A stretch of 64,000 nt of DNA, taken from assembly GCA_965218425.1 (NCBI GenBank), contig OZ244621.1, positions 3,968,001 to 4,032,000 on the forward strand. The letters are read 5' to 3'. The notes under the pieces are model-generated. The model was not told the DNA's origin. It searched no databases and was given only the letters and a program-made list of their open reading frames with translations. The stretch's first letter is position 1. Every line of letters begins with the position of its first letter. Made by a program: the position numbers and the translations under genes. This document shows, one piece after another, positions 63,367 to 64,000 of this stretch. The DNA comes from an uncultured Candidatus Binatia bacterium (GTDB taxonomy: Bacteria; Desulfobacterota; Binatia; UBA9968; CAXXLF01).

Positions 63367-64000
63367 CTACATGCCGGAGACCGCGAGGCCGTGAGGCCGC
63401 TTGCCCAATCTACGTCCCCCGCTTCGCGTGACCACCACTGAATCCCCCCAGGTGCAATGGTAATCACCATCGGCTGTGATTGCCGAGGGTTTGCAGATAA
63501 AAACCATATGCTCCTTTAGCGCCACACCAAGCTGTTTAGGACTGCGAGCCGTGGATGTAATGATTGGACCATCATCACCCGCCCCGCGGCCGTGCATGGT
63601 AAGCTCCGCCTTGGCATTGGATACGGGACCTGTCTTCGGTGCCGCCTTTTGCCCTGTAGTCTGTGCGAGCTCGGAAAGCTCTCCCACGGTAATGCCGGGT
63701 TTGAGGTTTTCCATAACCCGATCGAAAACTTCCTTTTGCACCTTGATCAGTTCTTGATGGACGGGATTCGCCACTTCCACGAACACAGGTTGAACCCCCT
63801 GGGAACGGTAACCGATCCAGCATGATTCCAATTCGTTGATGATCAAATCCCCCCGTTCGAGTATTCGCATGGTGGGACGAGTGAGCGTACGTTTAGGGTT
63901 TTTTCCGGAGAGCCAGTTGCAGTGCACCGGCATCTCGGAACCATGAAACATCATTGCACCCTGGGCTTTCGCCCACACCTCCCAGTCCTTCGCCCCGGGA
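63367..64000 (-). CDS. M24 peptidase/creatinase-fold protein, 3' part (5' end outside the window)
   Basis: RILERGDLI, LKPGIT, MHGRG..DGP, WGDSVVVTRSGGRRLG. Confidence 0.8.
   Translation of the reverse strand, partial: PGAKDWEVWAKAQGAMMFHGSEMPVHCNWLSGKNPKRTLTRPTMRILERGDLIINELESCWIGYRSQGVQPVFVEVANPVHQELIKVQKEVFDRVMENLKPGITVGELSELAQTTGQKAAPKTGPVSNAKAELTMHGRGAGDDGPIITSTARSPKQLGVALKEHMVFICKPSAITADGDYHCTWGDSVVVTRSGGRRLGKRPHGLAVSGM

Overview
A 64-kb bacterial chromosomal window. Gene content resembles Deltaproteobacteria/Candidatus Binatota, which is an inference from the expanded orphan solute-binding proteins (SBPs), UbiD, Rieske, cupin and amidohydrolase families. Five zones: (1) 1-17.2 kb, a co-oriented minus-strand catabolic island made of a thrice-repeated Rieske oxygenase -> UbiD decarboxylase -> secreted SBP module, plus bicupins and a LigB-type ring-cleavage dioxygenase. 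No reductase, UbiX, permease or ATPase is seen in the window. (2) 17.4-21.4 kb, an IS3, an IS630, a decayed flippase-like gene and a VOC protein. (3) 21.6-35.1 kb, a housekeeping run: icd-mdh-sucCD-ndk-mtnP-PfkB kinase, drifting nucleotide-sugar genes, lepA-lepB. A highly structured non-coding segment follows. (4) 35.8-50.8 kb, a ccmABCD / ccmEFGH(I) operon split by about 4.6 kb of catabolic gene remnants and an IS3, then an AbiEii fragment, a third IS3 in a bPH-domain pseudogene, and vapBC. (5) 50.9-64 kb, a second catabolic cluster: GGT, cupin, Cys-less racemase-fold protein, amidohydrolase, VOC, three-subunit Mo-hydroxylase, UbiD, signal-less SBP and a metal-ligand-less M24 protein. All four IS elements have clear terminal inverted repeats and target duplications. 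Five genes carry -1 homopolymer frameshifts that may be sequencing errors, but there is also unambiguous real gene decay. No rRNA, tRNA or CRISPR array was seen.
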